Shown: positions 1-10,237, counted from the stretch's first letter. The stretch is DNA of 32,000 bases from Desulfotalea psychrophila LSv54 (GCF_000025945.1 NC_006138.1:2370001-2402000); one strand, 5' to 3'. A program made the numbers and translations. The notes: a model not told the origin generated them from the sequence alone.

Positions 1-162
1 ATTCGTAATTGTTGGGTGAAACCTACTCGACTTTTTAAAAGATACCGAACATAAGTTAGAGGAATACTTGACCAAGTCCTCGGGAAATTTTTGCAGGGGA
101 TGCAACTGAAGTATCGAGGAGAAGAATACTCGGCTAATGTAACTAGGCCACAGCCATTTAAA

Positions 163-188
163 CTCAGGTGCATTCTACTACACCTGAG
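163..188 (-). terminator. candidate intrinsic terminator downstream of the 232..660 ORF
   Basis: 8-bp inverted repeat ctcaggtg (163-170) / cacctgag (181-188) with a 10-nt loop. On the minus strand it lies about 45 nt after the stop at 232-234 and is followed by TTTAAAT. The T tract is weak. Confidence 0.3.
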
Positions 189-231
189 AGGCGGGCTGTT
201 GACCTGCTGACGGTGTTATTTTTTAAGCTCC

Positions 232-660
232 TTATAAAGGCTCACTGCCTTTATGTAGAGAAGAAAACTTGGTGGTATCCCAGTCAGCAACTTCTTCCTT
301 TGGTTTTTGTCGAGTGTGAATACCCTGTGCCTGTTTGATATCGTAATTGAGGGCATCTTCCTCCCCTCTTACCTGTAACCAATTACAGAGCTGAGTGTCA
401 TTATTAGCATCATCAGCTGCATTGGGTGTAGTAAGGTAGGCGATTTCCAACATACGATCGTGGGTGGTGTCGACATCAGCCTCTTTTGCATACCGCTCTG
501 CTTCGGCATATGTGTTGAATTTCATCATTTTTTCAATATGCTCGAAACGGCAGTACTTGTCGAAGGCGATGCACCATGGTGTATAGTGATAATCAGCGCC
601 AAACATCGTGGTATCAAACTGTTTTATAACAATGACAAAGAACCCTTTGACCTTTTTCAT
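232..660 (-). CDS. hypothetical protein, 142 aa, no family recognised
   Basis: ORF track; ATG at 658-660. Contains H-x4-C-x6-C-x3-H (YHYTPWCIAFDKYCRFEH) and an acidic C-terminal half. No homology recognised by eye. Confidence 0.5.
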   Translation of the reverse strand: MKKVKGFFVIVIKQFDTTMFGADYHYTPWCIAFDKYCRFEHIEKMMKFNTYAEAERYAKEADVDTTHDRMLEIAYLTTPNAADDANNDTQLCNWLQVRGEEDALNYDIKQAQGIHTRQKPKEEVADWDTTKFSSLHKGSEPL

Positions 661-934
661 AGATGACCTCTCTTTAAAAAATGGACTTCCAGTTGCCCCC
701 TACTATGCTTTATAACTTATATATAGGTTTTTTTGGAATTCATTACAAGTAAAAAAAGTGTAAAAAAATGCTGTCAACTGACCAAAATCCTGTCTTTATT
801 TGGATAGACACGTTTATCGTCGGTTTTTGAATTCTTTTGCATACTGTTTACGCATTCTCAGTTCTCGTTTCGCCCAAGGATTTTCCAATATTTTTTGAGG
901 AGCAAACTATCCTGACACCTATGCCTTCGTCTAT

Positions 935-2410
935 TTAGTTTACGCTGCCCTTCAGTATTTGATCGGAATAGATAGCCATTTCGGATTCAAACTTTTTAAA
1001 GCGATTTGTGAGAGAAATGATTGTCTTCTCTCGTTCTTTGTTGGGGAGGAAAGAATATTTAATGCTGTTAAACGCATATTGTTTGATGGTTTGGTAACTT
1101 GGTTTATATCTCGTAGCTAACAAAACATATTCATGACTTAAGTTGTTTCTCGAAACCCCAGAATCGTCTGTGCATATAACTATTGGGACACCATATGCAG
1201 AATAAATCAAATATGGGTGCTCTTGACCTTTAACTCCTAATATAAATTCATTGCTGGTAAAATTAATTTCTACCACTGCTTTCTCTTTAATTGCCCTCAA
1301 AAGGTCGATGGCATCTTCTTCATAAGGTAAGTCAACGCCATGGCCAATTCTTTGAGCACCGGCAATATTTACTGCCTGATCAACATGGAATGTCAAATTT
1401 TTTGGGCGCACCATACCAAGAGTAAGCTCTCCAGCGTGCAATGCTACGTTAACCTCAGGATATTTTTTTCTGAGATAAGAGAAAAATTGCATATGTAATT
1501 CGTAATCCTCGATTGCCACCACGCCATTTTCAGGGCCCACGAGATTAACCCCGACGATAAGCTCAGATTGATCAGCTGCCTGAAATGCTGCATAGAGTGC
1601 AGAAAAAACTTTGCTTGGCACACTATTTCGTGATGTGTATGTTTGATAGCGCATCATGAATTGCTCATCGTCCACATTCGCGTTTTCGTGAGCTGTTTTA
1701 ATTCCTGTGGTAAAATCATTTGTTTTTTCAGTAAAAGTATTATCCCCGTCAATCTTTGATGATTGTTCGTCCAAAAGCGAAAATAATTCTTCGTTATCAC
1801 TATATGTTCTTACGTTTGTATCAAATATTGGATCTGGATATGAATAGCCAACTGATTTAATCATCGTCTCTATATAGCTGACATTTTCTTTTATGGCTCG
1901 CTTTTTGAAGACCAGCATACCCTTTTCATAGCTTTGAGAAACGTATCCAAAATAGCCAAATGTATTAAAGAAATTTGCATCAGGTGGTAATTGCAACTGA
2001 TAATGGTTGGAATAATCTTTATCGGACCAAAGGGTTAATAGCCTTCTGTAAAGCTCTGCATTAGAACGTAATGCATCAACTGTTAGTAGCGTTTTCGTCT
2101 TGTCTTCACTTATTTTTAGTGTTTCCGTGTCGATAAGCTGACTGTTGGCCTTTGCCCAATCCAAATAAGTTTCCACATAAATACTTCCTGAGAAGTGATG
2201 ATGAATATCTCCGCCCTTAGGCATCTCTGTAAGAAAAAGATTTAGTTGAGCAATATTAGGAGACTGTCCTTCAATAAAGTTATTGTAAAGTAATTCAGTC
2301 TTTGCCTCATCAGAGCTGACCTTATTAAGATTCGCCCCGTGGTTGATCTGGGTGCAGCCGGTGAACGCGAAGGCTACAACAATAATGAGTAAGGCTAATT
2401 TTGATTTCAT
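935..2410 (-). CDS. adenosine deaminase family protein, secreted lipoprotein (ADA2/ADGF-like, 491 aa)
   Basis: ADA metal and catalytic motifs are present in order: GGDIHHHFSGSI (HxH), HAGE, RIGHGV, ICTDDSG. I prefer the internal start MKSKLALLIIVVAFAFTGC (lipobox LTGC-like, ATG at 2408-2410), which has GGAG 7-10 nt upstream. The track ORF starts 14 codons earlier at 2452. The protein is about 150 aa longer than a cytosolic Add enzyme. Confidence 0.8.
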   Translation of the reverse strand: MKSKLALLIIVVAFAFTGCTQINHGANLNKVSSDEAKTELLYNNFIEGQSPNIAQLNLFLTEMPKGGDIHHHFSGSIYVETYLDWAKANSQLIDTETLKISEDKTKTLLTVDALRSNAELYRRLLTLWSDKDYSNHYQLQLPPDANFFNTFGYFGYVSQSYEKGMLVFKKRAIKENVSYIETMIKSVGYSYPDPIFDTNVRTYSDNEELFSLLDEQSSKIDGDNTFTEKTNDFTTGIKTAHENANVDDEQFMMRYQTYTSRNSVPSKVFSALYAAFQAADQSELIVGVNLVGPENGVVAIEDYELHMQFFSYLRKKYPEVNVALHAGELTLGMVRPKNLTFHVDQAVNIAGAQRIGHGVDLPYEEDAIDLLRAIKEKAVVEINFTSNEFILGVKGQEHPYLIYSAYGVPIVICTDDSGVSRNNLSHEYVLLATRYKPSYQTIKQYAFNSIKYSFLPNKEREKTIISLTNRFKKFESEMAIYSDQILKGSVN

Positions 2411-2704
2411 CTCTTTCTCCAAAAGGGTTCCGCTATTAATCGTGGCGCTCACTGGCGAATTTCGGGCGAGTCTGGTAGGGGGGGCGGAATATATGATGAG
2501 GATATCATATTATTTGACAATATTACAAACTGTTGAAAGATATACTGAACCTTTTTCTTAGATTCCAGAAATCAACTAAGGTGGTTTAAATTTATCAGAA
2601 TCGTCTGAGCAATGGTTTTTAGCTTGGTTCGTGCAGGTAATTTATTATGGTAAGATGTCCCAACCCAAAATGGCAGCATTTCCTGCTCTAATGCAATAAG
2701 GCCA

Positions 2705-3712
2705 TTAATTGGTTTCATTGAGGCATTGGGGGTGCAAAACCTCTTTTGCATAAGCGCCATATTTTTTCTGGGCGGCCACACACTCTCCAGCTACGTAAGA
2801 ACAGTTGAAGTTGGGATTAACATTATGTATCCGTGCTGTAACTTTTTCTTCAATATTCGAGTCTGCGTAGCTGCTACAGTTGTTGCCTTCGTCCCACGCG
2901 CCATCTATGTAATCCGCCAAATCAAATCGGGTGTTGGATTCCCAGGCCTTGACTGTTTTCCTGCTTTTTATGGAAGAAATAACTTGGATGTCACAGGTTA
3001 CGTAGGGCCGATTAAAAAGAGCAGCAAACCATCCCTTTAAAGGATCGTTATCTTTGTTTAAGACTTTGTTCCAAAATCGCCAGCCATTAAAATTGGCGAC
3101 AAGATCAGCAGAGGAAAAAATTCCGGTGGTTGTATAACCAAATTTTCCAGCTTCCTGTTCCTCTCCCCAGCTCAGAGCCTGGTCGATATTATTGCCCTTT
3201 TCGGTTAGCTCAAAATATTGCCAGCCCTCACCAAAGAAAAGAACCACTTTATCCAGACCAATAAGATGACCATTGATATTAACCACATCACTGAGCTTTT
3301 TCAGGTTTAAAGAAAACCCTTCTATGTAGCTGATATCACGGTAAATGGAGTCTTCTAGTGCTAAAGAGTAACTTTTGCTGGTGAGTAAACTGCGTAATTG
3401 CTGGTCAAGCGCGTAGCCTTTGAAGCCCCACGATGCGGTAAAGGATTGAAAAATTGCTTTTCTAAGTTCGGTATAAAGGATCTCTTCATCACAAAATTCA
3501 TCGCCTTCAAGGTTGTCGGTATCATCCAGTCGGGCATTGGCTTTCTGGATTCCCTCTTGAATACGTTGATTAAATATTTTGTTAATAGAAACGAGGCTAT
3601 TATCAAGTTCAAGGTCTCTTGGGGTGACGCTATCAATTTCAGATGCAAAACTGGTTTGAAAGACAAAAGTACTTATTAAAACGCATAAAATTATTAATCT
3701 GGAAGTAATCAT
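2705..3712 (-). CDS. secreted hypothetical protein, 335 aa
   Basis: ORF track. N-terminal signal peptide MITSRLIILCVLISTFVFQTSFA|SE and several Cys residues in the C-terminal third. Same strand as the deaminase and 252 bp upstream of it. No family recognised. Confidence 0.6.
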   Translation of the reverse strand: MITSRLIILCVLISTFVFQTSFASEIDSVTPRDLELDNSLVSINKIFNQRIQEGIQKANARLDDTDNLEGDEFCDEEILYTELRKAIFQSFTASWGFKGYALDQQLRSLLTSKSYSLALEDSIYRDISYIEGFSLNLKKLSDVVNINGHLIGLDKVVLFFGEGWQYFELTEKGNNIDQALSWGEEQEAGKFGYTTTGIFSSADLVANFNGWRFWNKVLNKDNDPLKGWFAALFNRPYVTCDIQVISSIKSRKTVKAWESNTRFDLADYIDGAWDEGNNCSSYADSNIEEKVTARIHNVNPNFNCSYVAGECVAAQKKYGAYAKEVLHPQCLNETN

Positions 3713-4176
3713 AAAAAAATATTTACCTTGAATGCAGCTTTAATCACTACCCCTGGACCTGCCACCAACCTCAAAACTTAGTCTCTTTCAGCTAAGTGCA
3801 TGGCCATGGTGGTTAGGGGGAGTGGGACGAAGAAATTTCCGAGGAGAGTAGCTGAGTTTAAGCAATAAGTCCAATATTACCGATAGAAAAAAGTATCCGC
3901 TAGTAATGGTTCGATCTTAGGGCCGGAATCCTTTTAATCCGAAGTTACCTATATTTTAAAAACTACCCCCTACACGAACACACCTATAGCTTGCCCACAG
4001 AGGGCCTCACCTGTTTCTCTGCTCAATAGGACACCACAGGCCCTTCTTTGATACAGACGCCCGGGCCATCTCAACAACCAGACAGGCATGGTCTGTTTCT
4101 TGCCATTCTAAATGTCTATAGGGGGTAATTCATACTGTCATTGTTGAAATCTTACAGAGTAGCTCTAGATAGAGTC

Positions 4177-6699
4177 CTACATTTTGCGCTTAGTTCTTGA
4201 TGTTGCCTGTGCCTCCAGGGGGTTATCGGGCCAATAATGTTTTGGATAACGTCCTGCAAGTTCCTTTTTAATTTCTGGATATGTCCTCTGCCAAAATGAT
4301 TTTAAATCCTTAGTTATTTGCATTGATCGTCGTGCCGGTGAGAGTAGGTGCAGAGTTAATGGTAGTGAACCTCCACAAATAGTTGGTGTATCGCACATGC
4401 CAAAGACCTCTTGGAGTCGTACTGCAAGCCTTGGCTCATCACCCAGGTGATATGTTATTTTTATATTCGATCCACTAGGAACTTTGGTGTGAGTTGGAGC
4501 CAAAGTTTGTAATAGTTGTTGTTTGTTGTATGAAAGTTTCGCGAGCAATGCGGATTGAAAATCAATATCTCTAAGTTGCTGCACTTTGGTGAATCCGTAG
4601 CAAAAAGGCTCTAACCATGTGAGGTCTTGTATAAGGGCCTCATCTGAGAAATCCTGCCAGTTATTTTGATCGTAATTAAATAAAGTTTGAAGACGGGCTT
4701 GTAGCTCTCGACTTGATTTGGACCATGGTAAGGCCTCACTGCCAGTCTCTTGTATGCCTTTCAGCAATAGAGTGAGAGCGACATCCTTGTCTTGCAAAGA
4801 GATTGGTTTAGAAGATATTTTTGCCAAACCAATAAATGTCTCGCGCCTTGCCTGTACTGCCAGCTCTTTTTTATCCCACCTGATATGATCCGAAGTTGAA
4901 ATAAGGTCGGGATGATTCTTTTCTAGTTCCATGAGAGTTGTTGGTGCTGCTAGAAATATTTTCCCATTTCCTCCTCTAACATCTACCTTGGCAGCTACAA
5001 TTATTTGTGAGTTGTTCAGACTATCCTGGGCACTGATTCGTGCTTGTCGACCATTCGCCAGTTGGAAGGTAGAGTCCTGTTGAGATCGCCCAATTGCAAT
5101 ACGGTCCGGATAACAAAAGCAAAGAAGATTGCCGGTTTCCTCAGAGTTGATTGTTTCTGCCCACCTGATGCCAAGCGTTTTTCGCCATTGTTCAACTTGC
5201 TGTAAAATTTGTTTGCACACCTGAGTGTTGAGGTTTGCTCTCCCAGAATAGCTGGAAGAGCGGTTGCTTAGAGAGGAAAGTGCTTTTATACGATCTCGAA
5301 TATCTATACCATTATCATGCCCTTGGAAAATATCTCGTTCTGAAAGGATACCGGCAAGGTAACAGCCAGTGAGGCCTAAAGAGAGTTCTGTTGCCTTAAG
5401 TAACATGTAGCTTAGGCGTGGATGGAGTGGGAATTTTCGTAGCTTTCTGCCGATATCGGTTATTTCACCCTTTTTGTTCAGTGCACTTAATTGAGTTAAG
5501 AGCTTTACCGCTTTTTCCCACGCTCCTTTACCGGGAGGATCCAGCCACTTGAGCTGTTTTGCATCGTTTACACCCCAGTGAGCAAGTTCGAGCACCAAGC
5601 TCGTGAGATCAGCATTGCAGATTTCAGGTGGTGTGAATGCAAGCAGGCCATGATGAATTTTTTCATCCCAAAGTCTGATACACATACCGCTGTTTTGTCT
5701 CCCTGCCCGGCCACGACGCTGCTCTGCAGATGCTCTAGATATCCTTGAAGTGACAAGGCTTGTTAGACCGTTCTTTGGGTTGTAAACCGGATGTTTATGT
5801 AAGCCGCTATCAACAATACAGCGCACACCATCAACAGTGAGGCTTGTCTCTGCTACCGGAGTTGCGAGGACCACTCTTCTTTGCCTGTTTTGTTTTGGGG
5901 CGAGAATTTTATCTTGCTGTTCTATTGGCAGATCACCGTATAGGGGCAGTATCTTGACATTGTTCCCAATGCTTTCAAGTTCCCTCTCAACAGATTTAAT
6001 GTCTGCAATTCCAGGGAGGAAAGTTAAAATATCACCTTCATAGTTGGCCAGGGCATAGGATATAGCCGAAGTTACACTCATTGACAATGGGGTGAATTCT
6101 GTGGCAGGAGGCTGGTAAATCACAGAAACGGGGAAACTCTTACCTGCACTTTCCACTATTCGGGCATTATCAAGAAGTTTTGCTAATTTCTCACTATCTA
6201 AGGTAGCGGACATTACAAGTAACCTGAAATCTTCACGAAGAGTTGCCAGGTCAAGACAAAGTGCAAGGCAGAGATCTGCAATGAGGCTTCGCTCATGATA
6301 TTCATCGAAAATAACAAGCCCAATATCTGTGAGTTCCTGATCTTTTTGGATTGTTTTAAGGAAAACGCCTTCTGTAACGATAAATATTTTTGTATTTGCT
6401 GAAAATTCTTTGGAGTAGCGAGTGATGTAACCAACCGTTTGTCCAATCCTTTCTCCTAAGAGAGAACTCATTCTGTAGGCAGCGGCCCTTGCAGCCACTC
6501 TGCGCGGCTCAAGCATGTAGATTTTTTTCCCGTGAAGCCAATCTTGGCCTAATAGGGTTATTGGTGCAATTGTAGTTTTTCCTGAACCCGTAGGGGACTT
6601 GAGGACGGTGTGACCAGCGGCAAGGCTCTCTTGCAGGCTATCAAGAACAGCAGAGATTGGGTAATTTGAGAGAGATTTAGTTATAGTTGGGTTTTGCAT
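4177..6699 (-). CDS. hrpB: ATP-dependent RNA helicase HrpB (DEAH box), 840 aa
   Basis: Motifs in order: TGSGKTT (Walker A), DEYHERS (DExH), SATLD, TPVAETSLTVDGV, QRRGRAGR. Length and the long C-terminal extension are typical of HrpB. ATG at 6697-6699. Confidence 0.9.
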   Translation of the reverse strand: MQNPTITKSLSNYPISAVLDSLQESLAAGHTVLKSPTGSGKTTIAPITLLGQDWLHGKKIYMLEPRRVAARAAAYRMSSLLGERIGQTVGYITRYSKEFSANTKIFIVTEGVFLKTIQKDQELTDIGLVIFDEYHERSLIADLCLALCLDLATLREDFRLLVMSATLDSEKLAKLLDNARIVESAGKSFPVSVIYQPPATEFTPLSMSVTSAISYALANYEGDILTFLPGIADIKSVERELESIGNNVKILPLYGDLPIEQQDKILAPKQNRQRRVVLATPVAETSLTVDGVRCIVDSGLHKHPVYNPKNGLTSLVTSRISRASAEQRRGRAGRQNSGMCIRLWDEKIHHGLLAFTPPEICNADLTSLVLELAHWGVNDAKQLKWLDPPGKGAWEKAVKLLTQLSALNKKGEITDIGRKLRKFPLHPRLSYMLLKATELSLGLTGCYLAGILSERDIFQGHDNGIDIRDRIKALSSLSNRSSSYSGRANLNTQVCKQILQQVEQWRKTLGIRWAETINSEETGNLLCFCYPDRIAIGRSQQDSTFQLANGRQARISAQDSLNNSQIIVAAKVDVRGGNGKIFLAAPTTLMELEKNHPDLISTSDHIRWDKKELAVQARRETFIGLAKISSKPISLQDKDVALTLLLKGIQETGSEALPWSKSSRELQARLQTLFNYDQNNWQDFSDEALIQDLTWLEPFCYGFTKVQQLRDIDFQSALLAKLSYNKQQLLQTLAPTHTKVPSGSNIKITYHLGDEPRLAVRLQEVFGMCDTPTICGGSLPLTLHLLSPARRSMQITKDLKSFWQRTYPEIKKELAGRYPKHYWPDNPLEAQATSRTKRKM

Positions 6700-7307
6700 G
6701 CAGAATGTGGCCTTTGTTAGTGTTTGATCTTATTGACGTTATCCCATCGTCAGTCCCATTTTTAGCTGAGTAGTTTCGTATGCCTGCACCTAGATGTCAA
6801 ATTATTACGGTACAGATTATCCTGAGACATAGGGTTTACTTGGGGTAGATAAGAGGCAAGCATTAATTTTATTCAAAGCCTTGATCGCAGCCCTACCTGC
6901 TTGTAGTGACACATCGTCTTTTCAGCAAGAGATATTTGTTGGTACCCTGTGCTTTCCTGCTCCTTTTTCTTTAGTGTTTTTTACTGCATCATATTTTCTA
7001 CGCCTTTGTATAGCCGAGCCTCCTGCTTTCCGTGCTATAATGAGTTAATATGGACTCCATAATGTTGGGTTGGATCATGTGGAAGGAGCTAATAGATAAT
7101 ATCGCAGCTCACCTCAAAGGTTAATACTGCCACGTCAAGCTAGACATCACAGGAACTGTTAGTTCGAATATACCGAAACATCTTAGCGTATTTATCTATT
7201 TGTACTAAGTGAATATTTGCTTTATTATTCGATTCATGACGGATTCAATATCAGAATTGAGGATAGATTTTTCTTATAAATCAATTTAACTAATAAAAGG
7301 TATCATC

Positions 7308-7490
7308 ATGGAAATATTACTGTTTTTTGGTTTAGTAACTTTTTCTGCCCTCTTTTGTTTTACCCTGAAAGTCAACCAGTCGAAACACAGGCCCAACCCA
7401 AATACCCCTGGGGACCTTGTCTTTTTGAAAGTTACGCCAATCCAACAACCAGAGCGTTCCTATAACAATATTCGGCTGAGGCCATTCTAA
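7308..7490 (+). CDS. possible small membrane protein, 60 aa
   Basis: ATG preceded by AAAGG about 9 nt upstream. One hydrophobic helix (ILLFFGLVTFSALFCF). No other support; it may be spurious. Confidence 0.2.
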   Translation: MEILLFFGLVTFSALFCFTLKVNQSKHRPNPNTPGDLVFLKVTPIQQPERSYNNIRLRPF

Positions 7491-7568
7491 CAATATTCTG
7501 TAGGTGGTGGAGCCTCATCCACAGATTCCTCGTAGCAGGTTTATCATTAAATTATCAGGAGTTTCACA

Positions 7569-9006
7569 ATGCGTAGATTTTTAAACTTTTTTTCCTTTAC
7601 TACAGCCCTTGTGGTCTTTTTGGGTTTTGGCGGAGTAGCCTTTGCGACTGGCTCTGGAATGGTTCAGGACACCTTGAATCTGACAAAGCACTGGGGAGGA
7701 TATGTTGCATTGATAGTCTTCGTGGTGGCGTATGTATTTGTCATGCTTGAAGAGATTACGCATATGCGAAAATCCAAACCGGTCCTGTTAGCTGCCGGTA
7801 TTATCTGGGGTGTGATCGGCCTGATATATGCGATGAATGGCATTGATCATGCTGCAGAGGCTGCCCTGCGTCATAATATTCTCGAATATGCAGAGCTGTT
7901 TCTCTTTTTGCTGGTGGCCATGACCTTTATCAATGCCATGGATGAGCGGCAAGTCTTTGAGGTTCTCCGGGTAAAGCTGGTCAATGCCGGTTACTCCTTC
8001 AGAAAACTCTTCTGGATCACCGGTTTGCTGGGCTTTTTCATCTCTTCGGGTGCAGACAATCTTACCACGGACCTGTTGATGTGTGCTGGGGCGATGGTTA
8101 TCGGCAAAGAGGATAAAAAATTTGTAGGCCTGGACTGAATTAATATTGAGTGCTGCCGCCAATGCGGGCGGTGCTTTTAGCCCCTTTGGAGACATTACCA
8201 CCTTGATGGTATGGCAGAAGGGAATTATCCAGTTTCAGGAATTTTTCGTATTATTTATCCCCTCTGTCGTCAATTGGCTTGTGCCGGCAGTTATAATGAG
8301 CTTTGCCGTACCAAATAAGCAGCCTGAATCAGGCATTGATGATATAAAACTGAAGCGTGGGGCCCTTGTGATTATAGGTCTTTTTCTCTGGACCATCGCC
8401 ACTGCTGTAAGCTTTCATAATTTTCTGAAACTGCCACCGGTGGCTGGTATGATGGCCGGTTTGTCGCTCTTGAAAATATTCGGCTACTACCTTAACAAAA
8501 CCCATGTTAAAAACCGTTTAACCTATGATCCAGTAAAAGCGGAACAACGGATCGGCCAGATCGTTCCATTTGATATTTTCGCCAAGGTAGCACGGGCAGA
8601 ATGGGATACACTGCTTTTTTTCTACGGTATCATCCTCTGTGTTGGTGGTCTCGGTTTCATGGGTTACCTCGGCCTTGCCTCAAACATAATGTACCTTGAC
8701 CTGGGGCCGACAACCGCCAATATCATTGTAGGATTTCTCTCAGCAATTGTTGATAACATTCCGGTCATGTTTGCCGTTCTGACCATGATGCCGGAGATGT
8801 CTCAAGGTCAGTGGCTACTTGTCACCCTGACAGCGGGAGTTGGTGGAAGCATGCTGTCCATTGGTTCAGCCGCAGGGGTGGCACTTATGGGGCAGGCCAG
8901 AGGCAAATATACATTTTTCGGACACCTCAAATGGTCTCCGGTGATTGCCCTGGGATACGTAGCAAGTATCTATACCCATTTCCTCATAAACAGTTCATTG
9001 ATGTAG
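7569..9006 (+). pseudogene. nhaD: NhaD-type Na+/H+ antiporter, interrupted by a frameshift (pieces 7569..8138 and 8146..9006)
   Basis: The two adjacent ORFs are 189 aa and 286 aa, both polytopic membrane proteins, and together match the roughly 475 aa of NhaD. The second piece opens with AANAGGAFSPFGDITTLMVWQ, which I recognise as the NhaD signature. AGGAG lies 9 nt upstream of the ATG at 7569. Frame 0 stops at TGA 8136-8138. The downstream frame is closed upstream by TAG 8125-8127. The only stop-free path therefore switches frame within 8128-8135. Confidence 0.65.
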
Positions 9007-9055
9007 CTGAAAAGTGGCTGGTAGTACAGAGCTTATTTTTCAATGATAATAAAAT

Positions 9056-9089
9056 CCCCGTTAGGAGCTTATCAAGTCTCCTGACGGGG
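9056..9089. terminator. strong hairpin between the convergent nhaD and nhaR genes
   Basis: ccccgttaggag (9056-9067) pairs with ctcctgacgggg (9078-9089): a 12-bp stem with one G:U pair and a 10-nt loop. On the minus strand it is followed by GATTTTATTATC, which is T-rich. There is no T tract on the plus strand. Confidence 0.5.
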
Positions 9090-9331
9090 GCAGTAGAGTG
9101 TAGTTATATGCAGGCTTGAAAACATTTAAGAGGCATAATTTTCTAAGAGTAAAAAATCAGTTTTTAACACCAGTTGATTGATCGAGGTACTCTCCACCCT
9201 GTTGCTCTTTGTCGGTAGCATAGGAGGTGCCTAGTGTTTTCAAACAAGGAGTGAAACTATTGTTGAGGTGCTGTTGGATTGTTCACGCAAGCCTTGCAGG
9301 TGCCCTTGTTGTTTTTGGGCTCTCCTGCTTA

Positions 9332-10237
9332 CTAACATTCAAAAAATAGTTTTTGTTGGGCAGCATCAGAGATAGCTGCTACGGCAGGATGTTTGATAAT
9401 CCGCTCAACCGAAATTGCATAAAATTTTTCTCTTATTTTATTTGTACGTCCAATCACCTGAACTTGATACTGTTGTGCAACTTCTTTTTCGATAACTGTT
9501 GGTGCCATGAAAATGCCATCACCAGCTTGTCCAAACACTTTAACTAATGCATTATCATCAAACTCGCCAATTATTACCGGGTGAACTCCAATTCTTTCAA
9601 ACCACTGGTCGAGCATGCCTCGCGATGAGCTCATGGGCATGGGCAGCAACATGGGCGCTTCATCTAGGGAATGGGGGAAGTTGCTCTGGCGCGGTTTGGC
9701 AAGTTTTTCGACCCCAAAAAAAGAGACACCGCACTCACCTAGAAGATGATTGTAGGCCTTGATACTTAAACTTGAGCGAATCGGAGTATCTGTCAAAACC
9801 ACATCGAGATTATGCAAGGCCAGTTCGGCAAGTAACTGTTCATCTTTTCCCTCGTGACAACTCAAACGCACTTTTTCAGGTAGCTTTCCTGTTGGCTCAA
9901 GAAGCTTTCGAGCCACAAGTTTTGGAATTACGTCGACGATGCCCACTTTCAGTGATAAGGGGCCAGCAACTGGCCGACCATGTAGAGAGTCCATCATTTC
10001 CCGGCCCAGAGAAAATATCTCATCTGCATACCGAAAAACAAGATGTCCCATGTCTGTAGGTTCAATATTTCGGCCGACCCGCCTGAACAGTTTTGCCCCT
10101 AAATTTTCTTCGAATTTAGATAATTGGGCGCTCACTGTTGACTGAGCTAAGCTGAGTTTGGCGCTGGCTGCTGTGATGCTCCCCTCTTTCATTACAGTCC
10201 AAAAATAAAACAGATGATGGTAGTTGAGCCATTCCAT
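9332..10237 (-). CDS. nhaR: LysR-family transcriptional activator, NhaR-like, 301 aa
   Basis: The N-terminal wHTH NYHHLFYFWTVMKEGSITAAS resembles E. coli NhaR NYNHLYYFWHVYKEGSVVGAA. Further shared blocks are GECGVSF, GEFDDNALVKVFG and ERIIKHPAV. It lies next to an Na+/H+ antiporter gene. Confidence 0.85.
   Translation of the reverse strand: MEWLNYHHLFYFWTVMKEGSITAASAKLSLAQSTVSAQLSKFEENLGAKLFRRVGRNIEPTDMGHLVFRYADEIFSLGREMMDSLHGRPVAGPLSLKVGIVDVIPKLVARKLLEPTGKLPEKVRLSCHEGKDEQLLAELALHNLDVVLTDTPIRSSLSIKAYNHLLGECGVSFFGVEKLAKPRQSNFPHSLDEAPMLLPMPMSSSRGMLDQWFERIGVHPVIIGEFDDNALVKVFGQAGDGIFMAPTVIEKEVAQQYQVQVIGRTNKIREKFYAISVERIIKHPAVAAISDAAQQKLFFEC

Noticed and set aside
1-54. Possible 3-prime end of a plus-strand gene running in from the left edge (..IRNCWVKPTRLFKRYRT*)
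   Set aside because: Only 17 codons are visible. No family can be assigned and there is no way to confirm that it is coding.
3755-3775. caggtcc on the minus strand, resembling the SRP (4.5S) RNA core
   Set aside because: The conserved GGAA tetraloop and the AGCAGC flank are absent (the sequence reads caggtccaggggtagtg). Similarity is limited to 7 nt.
7162-7169. gttcgaat, a T-loop-like motif suggesting a tRNA
   Set aside because: The flanking bases cannot form a T stem (gttag versus atacc). No acceptor or anticodon arms can be drawn around it.
8136-8138. TGA inside nhaD as a possible selenocysteine or read-through codon
   Set aside because: The downstream conserved sequence is in a different frame, so read-through would not restore the protein. 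No SECIS-like hairpin follows the codon. A 1-nt indel explains the break fully.
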